Assembly: GCA_964612035.1 (NCBI GenBank)
Contig: CAZTBX010000099.1
Span: forward strand, 3,194 to 67,193
Direction of reading: 5' to 3'
Source of the DNA: an uncultured Planctomycetia bacterium
Lineage (GTDB): Bacteria; Omnitrophota; Gorgyraeia; 2-02-FULL-51-18
DNA: 64,000 nucleotides
Positions 1-6,399 of the stretch are shown piece after piece; within the stretch, counting starts at the first letter, position 1, and each line of letters starts with the position of its first letter. Under the pieces are notes generated by a model. That model saw only the letters and a program-made list of their open reading frames with translations, made no database searches and was not told where the DNA came from. The translations under genes were made by a program, and so were the position numbers.

Positions 1-1
1 T

Positions 2-805
2 AACTTCGAGATCCGCAAGCAGCTCCTGGAATACGACAACGTGATGAACAAGCAGCGCGAGGTGATATACGCCGAAAGAAAAAAAGTGCTGGAAGGCGAA
101 GACCTGCGTGAACATTTTCTCGGCATGATCGAAGAAGTGGTGGACGGCATGCTCGAGGGCTACTCTCCGGAGAAAGAGAACGCGTTCAAGAGTTTGAATG
201 ACCTGGTCCGTAAAATTTTTCCTCTCTCGCTAGACGGTTTGGAAAATGCCGTAGGCGACTCGCTGGCGGATGAGATCATCGGGCGCGCCAAGGCCGCCTA
301 TGAGGAAAAAGAAAAAGAGATTAGCGCGGAGTTCATGCGCCACCTGGAGCGTTCCATCCTTCTCGATGTCGTGGACGCCAAATGGAAAGAGCATCTGCGC
401 AACACCGACACCCTGCGCGAGGGCATAGGCCTGCGGGCCTACGGACAGAAAGACCCGCTCGTGGAATACAAGCGCGAGGTGTTCGAGGCTTTCCAGGACA
501 TGATCCAGGCCATCAAAGAAGACTCGCTTGGTTTCATTTTCCACGTGCAGCCCGTGAGCCCGGAAAAGATGCTCCAGACCCCCGTGAAAAAAAAGTCCGT
601 CCCGTTGCAATTTTTGCACCCGGATGCGACAAACGCCGCACGCCGTTCCGCATTAGCTCCGGTTCCTGAAGAGCAGGCGCGTCCTCAGGTCTTCAACGGT
701 CTTCAGTCCGTCCAGCCCGCCCAGACCCACGGCGAAAAAGTGGGCCGCAACGATCCCTGCCCCTGCGGCAGCGGGAAAAAATACAAGAAATGTCACGGGC
801 AATAG
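2..805 (+). CDS. secA: Preprotein translocase SecA, C-terminal fragment; the gene continues upstream of the window
   Basis: Frame 2 from position 2 reads [23 protein letters not shown]. The C-terminus has the SecA zinc-binding motif [15 protein letters not shown]. Confidence 0.9.
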   Translation, partial: NFEIRKQLLEYDNVMNKQREVIYAERKKVLEGEDLREHFLGMIEEVVDGMLEGYSPEKENAFKSLNDLVRKIFPLSLDGLENAVGDSLADEIIGRAKAAYEEKEKEISAEFMRHLERSILLDVVDAKWKEHLRNTDTLREGIGLRAYGQKDPLVEYKREVFEAFQDMIQAIKEDSLGFIFHVQPVSPEKMLQTPVKKKSVPLQFLHPDATNAARRSALAPVPEEQARPQVFNGLQSVQPAQTHGEKVGRNDPCPCGSGKKYKKCHGQ

Positions 806-809
806 GGCG

Positions 810-2399
810 GTGATACGCCGCCTGAGGGATATCTCCCTTATCCTTTTTTCGGCGGCGCTTCTCGTGCTGCCTTACCATTTTCAATCCCTGGGCGTCCTGG
901 CGTTCGTCGGGTTCATCCCTTATTTTTTCTGCCTCCGTCACCAAACGCCTGGCGGTGCCTTCAAATATTCTTTCCTGCTGGGCTTCCTTTTTTTCGCCCT
1001 TCTCGGTTTCTGGCTCACGAACGTGAATGTCATCGGCTTCGTGCTGCTGTCGGCGTACCTGGCGTTGTTCTTCGCGTTTTTCGGATTTTACGCGGTGTCT
1101 TTCCTCAAAACCGAGACCGGTGGCGCGCGCGCGGCGCTGTACACGGCCGCTATCTGGACGGCGCTCGAGTTCGTTCGCGGCTGGATGATCAGCGGTTTCC
1201 CGTGGGCGCTTCTAGGCTACAGCCAGTGGAAGAATCTCGTTATCATCCAAATAGCCGATATCGTGGGACCTTACGGTGTTTCTTTTTTTGTGATGGCCGT
1301 GAATGTGGCGCTGTTCGAATTGATACGGACGGCGCTCGGTCCCAGGGCCGGCGCGATGGAGCCCGCAACACGGCTCAAAGTGCTGCGCGGCACGGCGCTG
1401 TTCCTTTTTGGGCTCTCGGCCTCGGTGCTCGGCTATGGCGCCTGGTCGCTATCCTCGCGGGACGCGCTTTCCCGCCCCGCCATGCCCAAAGCCGTTCTGC
1501 GCGTGTCCGTGGTGCAGGGCAACATCCCGCAGGAACAGAAGTGGAACGCCAAGATCAAAGAGATCATCTTCGAAAAATACAAACGGCTCACGCTGATGGC
1601 CGCGGGCGAGCGGCCGGACCTCATCGTGTGGCCAGAGACCTCTTTTCCGGGATATCTCGAGGACGAACCCATCCTGGCGGCAAAATTGCGCAACATGGTG
1701 CGGCAGGGGCGCACGGCGGTGCTCGTGGGCGCGCCGTCTATGGGAGACCTCGAAACAGGCGGTCTCAAATTTTTCAACAGCGCCATTCTCTACAACAAGA
1801 ACGGCGAGGAGGAAAAAAGGTACAGCAAGGTGCATCTGGTGCCTTTCGGCGAATACATCCCGTTCGAACCCCTTCTGGGGTTTCTCCGCCATTTTTTCCC
1901 CATCGGGCATTTCAACGCGGGAGAGGACAAAACCGTTTTCAAATTGAGGGGCGAGTCGCCGGGCAGAGTGTCGGCCGCGCGTTTTGGCGTGCTCATCTGC
2001 TATGAGGACATTTTCCCCGGACTCGTGCGCGCTCTCTGTCTGAACGGCGCGGATTTCCTCGTCAATATCACCAATGACGCCTGGTTCGGCAAGACCTCCG
2101 CACCTTATCAGCACGCGCAGGCGTCGGTGTTCCGCGCCGTGGAAAATCGCGTGCCCGTGGTTCGCTCGACAAACACGGGCCTATCCTGCTTCATCTCCGC
2201 CGAAGGCCGCATACTCTCCAGCGTCAGCGAAAAAGGGGAGGAGATCATGGTGGCCGGCTACAAAACCCAGGATCTCGTCCTGCGCCGCGTCCGCACTTTT
2301 TACACCCGCTTCGGGGATATTTTCATGCTCCTCGTCGCAGCCCTCCTCGTCCTCTCCTACAAAGAAAAGTCCGCTCGGGAACGATATACCCAGTTTTAA
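810..2399 (+). CDS. lnt: Apolipoprotein N-acyltransferase
   Basis: 529 aa with a multi-TM N-terminus and a C-terminal CN-hydrolase domain (motifs VVQGNIPQ, LIVWPE, FGVLICYE). Sits directly after secA. Confidence 0.85.
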   Translation: MIRRLRDISLILFSAALLVLPYHFQSLGVLAFVGFIPYFFCLRHQTPGGAFKYSFLLGFLFFALLGFWLTNVNVIGFVLLSAYLALFFAFFGFYAVSFLKTETGGARAALYTAAIWTALEFVRGWMISGFPWALLGYSQWKNLVIIQIADIVGPYGVSFFVMAVNVALFELIRTALGPRAGAMEPATRLKVLRGTALFLFGLSASVLGYGAWSLSSRDALSRPAMPKAVLRVSVVQGNIPQEQKWNAKIKEIIFEKYKRLTLMAAGERPDLIVWPETSFPGYLEDEPILAAKLRNMVRQGRTAVLVGAPSMGDLETGGLKFFNSAILYNKNGEEEKRYSKVHLVPFGEYIPFEPLLGFLRHFFPIGHFNAGEDKTVFKLRGESPGRVSAARFGVLICYEDIFPGLVRALCLNGADFLVNITNDAWFGKTSAPYQHAQASVFRAVENRVPVVRSTNTGLSCFISAEGRILSSVSEKGEEIMVAGYKTQDLVLRRVRTFYTRFGDIFMLLVAALLVLSYKEKSARERYTQF

Positions 2400-2436
2400 C
2401 CCAGCCTTGATTGGGGCCGGTAGGGCCTGTTCGCTA

Positions 2437-2499
2437 TCCGCCTCCAAAAAGATTTTTTGCACGGAAATGGCACCCTGTGTCGTCCTGTTAGGTGGGAGG
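2437..2499. repeat. Left terminal inverted repeat of the accessory island (core ~56 bp at 2444-2499)
   Basis: tccgcctCCAAAAAGATTTTTTGCACGGAAATGGCACCCTGTGTCGTCCTGTTAGGTGGGAGG is the reverse complement of 4675-4731 with about 7 mismatches in 56. Confidence 0.8.
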
Positions 2500-2529
2500 C
2501 AAGCCATGCAGGAAGGCGTCACAAGGCTA

Positions 2530-2566
2530 TTGAAATATGTATAATTATATGTATACTTATATGTAT
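2530..2566 (+). promoter_or_regulatory. Sigma70-like promoter for brnTA with overlapping ATATGTAT direct repeats (candidate operator)
   Basis: -35 TTGAAA at 2530-2535, a 16 nt spacer, and -10 TATACT at 2552-2557. ATATGTAT(A) recurs at 2535-2543, 2547-2555 and 2559-2566 with ~12 bp periodicity. Confidence 0.5.
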
Positions 2567-2580
2567 CGGGCGAGGCCCAC

Positions 2581-2859
2581 ATGGACGTAGAATATGGGGG
2601 TTTCGTCTGGGACGATAGAAAAGAAGCCGAGAATATCCTCAAGCATGATGTTGATTTTAAGTCCGCATGCAGGGCGTTTCTCGATCCGGATAGAAAGGTA
2701 TTTAGAGATTCAAAACACAGCCGCTATGAGACGAGAAAGTTTTGCATCGGAAAAGTGGACAACCAGATCATGACGGTCCGATTTATGGTGAGAGAGCATA
2801 AGATCCGTATCATCGGCGCCGGTTATTGGAGACAGGGGAGGGCCTACTACAATGAATAA
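2581..2859 (+). CDS. brnT: BrnT-family (DUF497) type II toxin
   Basis: 92 aa. The layout FVWDDRKEAENILKHDVDFKSACRAFLDP...IRIIGAGYW matches BrnT/DUF497. Its stop overlaps the brnA start. Confidence 0.75.
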   Translation: MDVEYGGFVWDDRKEAENILKHDVDFKSACRAFLDPDRKVFRDSKHSRYETRKFCIGKVDNQIMTVRFMVREHKIRIIGAGYWRQGRAYYNE

Positions 2860-3091
2860 AAAAGTTCATGACCCAAATATGCCTGTCGGCAAATTGACAA
2901 GGGTCGTCGATGACCTGCCGCCGCCAAGCGAGCTCGCAAAACCCTTGCAAGGTGTGCGCATCACCATCATTGTCAGCAAGTCCAGCGTGGAATACTTCAA
3001 AACGAACGCCCGCAAATATCACACGAAGTATCAACGCATGATGCGCGAGGTGCTGGACAGCTATGTCTCCCGCCAGGCAGTCGCGCACTAA
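2852..3091 (+). CDS. brnA: BrnA-family antitoxin (RHH/CopG-like)
   Basis: 79 aa. The C-terminal motif VRITIIVSKSSVEYFKTNARKYHTKYQRMMREVLDSYV matches the BrnA pattern (V.L.L..DV.EWFK...GYQTRIN..LR.YM). It overlaps brnT by 8 nt. Confidence 0.7.
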   Translation: MNKKVHDPNMPVGKLTRVVDDLPPPSELAKPLQGVRITIIVSKSSVEYFKTNARKYHTKYQRMMREVLDSYVSRQAVAH

Positions 3092-3181
3092 TAAACAGCC
3101 GGAGGTCCCGTTCGCCGTCACCCGTTCGCTAGCTTAGTCTAATGCCTCCCCACCGACTGCGTCCGGTATGCGCCCCTAATT

Positions 3182-3240
3182 TCCGCCTTATTTTAAAATA
3201 ATCTGCACGGAAAATGCCTGGTCCGTCGTCTTGTATAGCA
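3182..3240. repeat. Degenerate internal third copy of the island terminal repeat, in the same orientation as the left copy
   Basis: tccgccttattttaaaataatcTGCACGGAAAATGCCTGGTCCGTCGTCTTGTATAG aligns with 2437-2499. Shared blocks are tccgcct, TGCACGGAAA(A)TG and GTCGTC(C/T)TGT. Confidence 0.55.
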
Positions 3241-3261
3241 GAAACCGTAAAGTGAGAGGTC

Positions 3262-3290
3262 TTGAAAAAACAACTTATAGGTTGTATACT
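3262..3290 (+). promoter_or_regulatory. Sigma70-like promoter for the XRE regulator module
   Basis: -35 TTGAAA at 3262-3267, a 17 nt spacer, and -10 TATACT at 3285-3290. The hexamers and spacing match the brnTA promoter. Confidence 0.5.
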
Positions 3291-3301
3291 TTAGGAGCGG
3301 T

Positions 3302-3388
3302 ATGTATTCGGTCAGGTTCTTTAAAGAAGAGATCGCCACCGCTTTGAAGAGAAAACGGATATTTGAGGGGAGAAGTATCGATGAATAA
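3302..3388 (+). other. 28-codon upstream ORF (MYSVRFFKEEIATALKRKRIFEGRSIDE), possibly a decayed toxin remnant or a leader peptide
   Basis: ATG at 3302 lies downstream of the promoter. The TAA stop at 3386-3388 overlaps the ATG of the XRE gene at 3381. It sits where a HigB/RelE-like toxin usually precedes this antitoxin type. Confidence 0.25.
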
Positions 3389-3710
3389 ACACTTGGGTTC
3401 GGATCTCAAAGAGACCTATAAGAAATTTGCTAAGGCAAGCCCTAAAAATGCACTCGAAGCCCAAATTCTGACCGGTAAACTCGAAATGGCGAATTTACTG
3501 ATCTCTCAAAGGGAAGATCTCGGTCTCAGCCAGAAAAAATTGGCTGAAAAACTGGGTGTTAAGCAGCAGCTCATCAGCAAAATAGAAAGCGGCTCTAACA
3601 ATATTACACTCGATACGCTGATCCGAGTATTGACCGTTTTGGGGGTCGCTTTGAAGGTCGAGAGAGTTAAATTAGAGAGAGCTCAAAAGGTATTACAATT
3701 TGTAACATGA
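3381..3710 (+). CDS. XRE-family helix-turn-helix protein resembling HigA-type type II antitoxins; orphan, with no intact toxin
   Basis: HTH core LSQKKLAEKLGVKQQLISKIESGSNNITLDTLIRVLTVLG. The RBS gaggggag lies 8 nt before the ATG at 3381. The ORF track starts at 3363 using TTG. Confidence 0.7.
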   Translation: MNKHLGSDLKETYKKFAKASPKNALEAQILTGKLEMANLLISQREDLGLSQKKLAEKLGVKQQLISKIESGSNNITLDTLIRVLTVLGVALKVERVKLERAQKVLQFVT

Positions 3711-3728
3711 ATTGACCGTCCTCCGCCC

Positions 3729-3831
3729 ATAGAATGGTACCGTAGAATGGTACCGGGTACGGAGGGGACAGCTACCAGAGTGTAACGTGTCCCTTTGGTA
3801 AGCGGTACCGTTCTACGTTCTACGTTCTATG
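3729..3831. repeat. Iteron-like array of the GTAGAAYGGTACC motif plus three tandem GTTCTAC heptamers
   Basis: ATAGAATGGTACC at 3729-3741 and GTAGAATGGTACC at 3742-3754 lie in direct orientation. GGTACCGTTCTAC at 3804-3816 is the inverted form. GTTCTAC repeats at 3810-3816 and 3817-3823, followed by gttctat at 3824-3830. Confidence 0.7.
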
Positions 3832-4126
3832 ATCGACGCTCGCCACACGCCGGCTCTCCATTGATTGACTCGTTTTTGGATTAGAGTTAACCTCTTTCTT
3901 TAGGATGTTGTCCGATATATGTCATGTAAGCAAATAGCCTCGGAAAAATTAAGTTATGATTAGCGACGCTTTGTCTCTGATTGATTTTCTCAAAAAACAC
4001 TTGATGGAATACTCAGTTAAAAGTGCATTGTTTAACTCTGACGGTATCAGGATTGAAGGAGACAGTTTTATTGAAATAGATAAAATCCCAGTCCAGTGTA
4101 GAACGGTACCGCTTACCAAAGGGACA
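3788..4126. repeat. Perfect 29 bp inverted repeat pair (3788-3816 and 4098-4126) enclosing ~280 bp of AT-rich DNA
   Basis: TGTCCCTTTGGTAAGCGGTACCGTTCTAC at 3788-3816 is the exact reverse complement of GTAGAACGGTACCGCTTACCAAAGGGACA at 4098-4126. Confidence 0.85.
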
Positions 4127-4135
4127 GGTTGTTAG
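3956..4135 (+). CDS. Hypothetical 59 aa ORF (MISDALSLIDFLKKHLMEYSVKSALFNSDGIRIEGDSFIEIDKIPVQCRTVPLTKGTGC)
   Basis: Open frame from ATG 3956 to TAG 4133-4135. It is just under the 60 aa ORF-track threshold, has no clear RBS, runs through the right 29 bp IR, and overlaps the ORF6N stop by 4 nt. Confidence 0.2.
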   Translation: MISDALSLIDFLKKHLMEYSVKSALFNSDGIRIEGDSFIEIDKIPVQCRTVPLTKGTGC

Positions 4136-4668
4136 TATTTGACATGAAAACCGACCGGTTTTTTCGGCGTCGATTTTGGTGATTCGAGCAATTCCTTGAG
4201 AGCCTCAAAAACGACTTTGAATTGCTTATCGTGTTTTTCGTATTTCCTCTCCAGTTCCTCGATCTTCTGACGGACAAGCTCATTGGTAGCGACCATTTCG
4301 CGGAGTTTGATGAAAGCCCGCATGATCAGGATATTGGCCTGCACTGCCCGGGGACTGTTGAGTATCCCGGAAAGCATGGCTACTCCTTCCTGGGTGAAAG
4401 CGTAAGGTAGGTAACGCCGCCCTCCACGGCCTTTGTTTGAGGTTCCAAATTGGAACCTCAAAGATTCAGCCTCATCAGCCGTTAAACGAAACATAAAGTC
4501 TTCTGGAAATCGGCTTATGTTTCGCTGAACAGCTTTATTTAGATTTTTAGTTAGGACGCCATAGAGTTCCGCAAGCTCACGGTCCAACATGACCTTTTTA
4601 CTCCTAATAAAATAGATCCTCCGCTCGACTTGCTCGTGCGAAAGCATGATATTCCCGTGTTTTGTCAT
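4132..4668 (-). CDS. ORF6N/KilA-N domain DNA-binding protein with a C-terminal coiled coil
   Basis: 178 aa. The core VMLDRELAELYGVLTKNLNKAVQRNISRFPEDFMFRLT...GRGGRRYLPYAFTQEGVAMLSGILNS is typical ORF6N. An AGGAGG RBS 7 nt upstream lies inside the right terminal repeat. This is the only minus-strand gene in the window. Confidence 0.75.
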   Translation of the reverse strand: MTKHGNIMLSHEQVERRIYFIRSKKVMLDRELAELYGVLTKNLNKAVQRNISRFPEDFMFRLTADEAESLRFQFGTSNKGRGGRRYLPYAFTQEGVAMLSGILNSPRAVQANILIMRAFIKLREMVATNELVRQKIEELERKYEKHDKQFKVVFEALKELLESPKSTPKKPVGFHVKY

Positions 4669-4674
4669 GACACC

Positions 4675-4731
4675 CCTCCTTACCTAACAGGACGACGGAG
4701 GGGGTCATTTCCGTTCAAAAAATCTTTTTGG
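4675..4731. repeat. Right terminal inverted repeat of the accessory island
   Basis: CCTCCTTACCTAACAGGACGACGGAGGGGGTCATTTCCGTTCAAAAAATCTTTTTGG is the reverse complement of 2444-2499 at ~87% identity. It contains a CCCCTCC(17 nt)GGAGGGG hairpin and supplies the ORF6N RBS. Confidence 0.8.
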
Positions 4732-4776
4732 CCCGCTCGCCCCACAACGCTCGCCACCCGCCAGCCCCACAGCGGT

Positions 4777-4805
4777 TTGACAGCTCAAGCCCTAGTCGCT
4801 ATAAT
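4777..4805 (+). promoter_or_regulatory. Sigma70 consensus promoter upstream of lysS
   Basis: -35 TTGACA at 4777-4782, a 17 nt spacer, and -10 TATAAT at 4800-4805. Confidence 0.6.
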
Positions 4806-4852
4806 AATTTCCATAAATTTAAGTAAGCAAAGAAGTTGCGAAAGGAACGGGC

Positions 4853-6304
4853 TTGAAAGAAGAAAACGAGCTTGTTAAAGAACGCTTTAAAAAGTTAGAG
4901 CAGATAAAGGCCATGAATATAGACCCTTTCGGGGGAAAATTCCCGAAGCAGGGGCCTATTTCTGAGCTTCCCAAGCTTGTGGAAGGCAGTCGCGTGGCCT
5001 CAGCCGGCCGCCTCTCGGCCATGCGTGTCATGGGCAAGTCCGTGTTCTGCGACCTGAAAGATGAAAGCGGCCGCATCCAGCTTTATATCAAGCACGAGAA
5101 TCTCGGCGACGCGCAATTCTTGCTTTTTGAGCGCCTCGACATCGGTGACATCATCGGCGTCGAGGGCGAGCTTTTCAAGACCAAGACCGGCGAGATCTCC
5201 ATCCGCGTCGAAAAACTTTCACTGCTTGCAAAAAGCCTGAGGCCTTTGCCGGAAAAATGGCATGGCCTGAAAGACGTCGAGGCGCGCTACCGCCAGAGAT
5301 ACCTCGACCTCATTTCCAACGACGAGACAAAGGACATTTTCCGCAAGCGTTCGATGATCATCCGTGAGATACGCCGCGTGCTCGATGACAAAGGCTATCT
5401 CGAAGTCGAGACGCCCATGATGCATCCCATCCCCGGCGGGGCGGCGGGGAAACCGTTCAAAACGCATCACGAGGCGCTGGACCTGGACCTTTTTCTACGC
5501 ATCGCGCCGGAACTTTACCTGAAAAAGCTTTTGGTCGGCGGTTTCGACAAGGTGTATGAGATCAACAAGAGTTTCCGCAACGAGGGCATCTCCACGCGGC
5601 ACAATCCCGAATTCACCATGCTCGAGGTGTACACGGCGTATCAGGACTGCGAGGACGTCATGCAGCTCACCGAGGACATCGTGAAGCATGCCGCGCAAAG
5701 CGTGTTTGGCACGCTGACGCTTGAGCAGGGCGGCCGCGTGCTCGACCTCTCCAAATGGGAACGCGTGTCTTTCGCGGCGCTCATGAAAGATTCTTTCGGC
5801 ATCCTGCCCGATGACGATATCGCCTCGTGGCCGGACAAGCTGCGCAAAAAGGGCGTGAAGATAGAAAAAAAGGACCTGTCGAGGACTCAGCTCATCAACA
5901 TCATCGCGGACCTGCTCGAGCCCGGCAAAACGGACGCTCACCAGACGCTGAAGCCCATGTTCGTCACGGATTATTTTTCAGAACTTTCGCCGCTGGCGCG
6001 CCGCAACAAGAAGCACCCCGAGCTCAGCGAGCGTTTCGAACTTTATTTTGGCGGCATCGAGATCGCCAACGGCTATTCCGAGCAGAACGATCCCATCGAG
6101 CAGCGTGAACGCCTCGAAGAGGAGATGAGGGAAAAAGGAAAAGGCGCGGGAGAGCTGGACGAAGATTTTCTGACGGCACTCGAGCACGGCATGCCTCCGG
6201 CCGGCGGCCTCGGCATCGGCATCGACCGTCTCGTGATGCTGCTCACCAATCAGCCCTCCATCCGCGAGGTGATCTTATTTCCCCAAATGAAAAAAGAGAG
6301 TTAA
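4853..6304 (+). CDS. lysS: Lysine--tRNA ligase (class II)
   Basis: 483 aa with an N-terminal anticodon-binding OB fold and class II motifs (FRNEGIS, PPAGGLGIGIDRLVM). Confidence 0.9.
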   Translation: MKEENELVKERFKKLEQIKAMNIDPFGGKFPKQGPISELPKLVEGSRVASAGRLSAMRVMGKSVFCDLKDESGRIQLYIKHENLGDAQFLLFERLDIGDIIGVEGELFKTKTGEISIRVEKLSLLAKSLRPLPEKWHGLKDVEARYRQRYLDLISNDETKDIFRKRSMIIREIRRVLDDKGYLEVETPMMHPIPGGAAGKPFKTHHEALDLDLFLRIAPELYLKKLLVGGFDKVYEINKSFRNEGISTRHNPEFTMLEVYTAYQDCEDVMQLTEDIVKHAAQSVFGTLTLEQGGRVLDLSKWERVSFAALMKDSFGILPDDDIASWPDKLRKKGVKIEKKDLSRTQLINIIADLLEPGKTDAHQTLKPMFVTDYFSELSPLARRNKKHPELSERFELYFGGIEIANGYSEQNDPIEQRERLEEEMREKGKGAGELDEDFLTALEHGMPPAGGLGIGIDRLVMLLTNQPSIREVILFPQMKKES

Positions 6305-6334
6305 ACGATGGAAACCGAAAACCCATTCTCGTTA

Positions 6335-6397
6335 ACCAATGAGGCGCACCAGGTACCAGAGCACCAGTCACCAGTAGGTTCTGGTGCTCCATTGGTC
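6335..6397 (+). terminator. Hairpin downstream of lysS (possible terminator; no clear U-tract)
   Basis: GAGCACCAG at 6359-6367 pairs with CTGGTGCTC at 6381-6389 around a 13 nt loop. The stem is extended by ACCAATG and CATTGGT. Confidence 0.3.
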
Positions 6398-6399
6398 TC

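Noticed and set aside
1202-2005. 267 aa + strand ORF overlapping lnt in another frame. ORFs at 2074-2544, 23201-23848 and 29813-30490 are similar.
   Set aside because: They are alternative frames inside lnt, metG and alr. The translations are Arg/Gly/Pro-rich with no domain similarity.
2181-2642. 153 aa minus-strand ORF spanning the lnt 3' end and the left island boundary.
   Set aside because: It crosses the left terminal repeat and the brnTA promoter and has no RBS or domain. It is probably spurious.
2810-3121. 103 aa minus-strand ORF antisense to brnA.
   Set aside because: It lies antisense to an intact TA gene with no RBS or domain. A third component of the TA module is not supported.
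3729-3831. Possible CRISPR array, given the tandem 13-mers and 7-mers.
   Set aside because: Only 2-3 units of 7-13 bp with no spacers of regular length, and no cas genes nearby. It is not a CRISPR array.
2444-4731. Integron cassette/attC interpretation. The repeats contain GTTAGGT and ACCTAAC, which match the attC core consensus GTTRRRY/RYYYAAC.
   Set aside because: There is no intI/attI in the window. The two outer copies are inverted relative to each other rather than arranged as same-orientation 3' attC sites. Each copy shows only one core-like motif rather than a complete R''-L''...L'-R' palindrome. It is kept only as a remote possibility.
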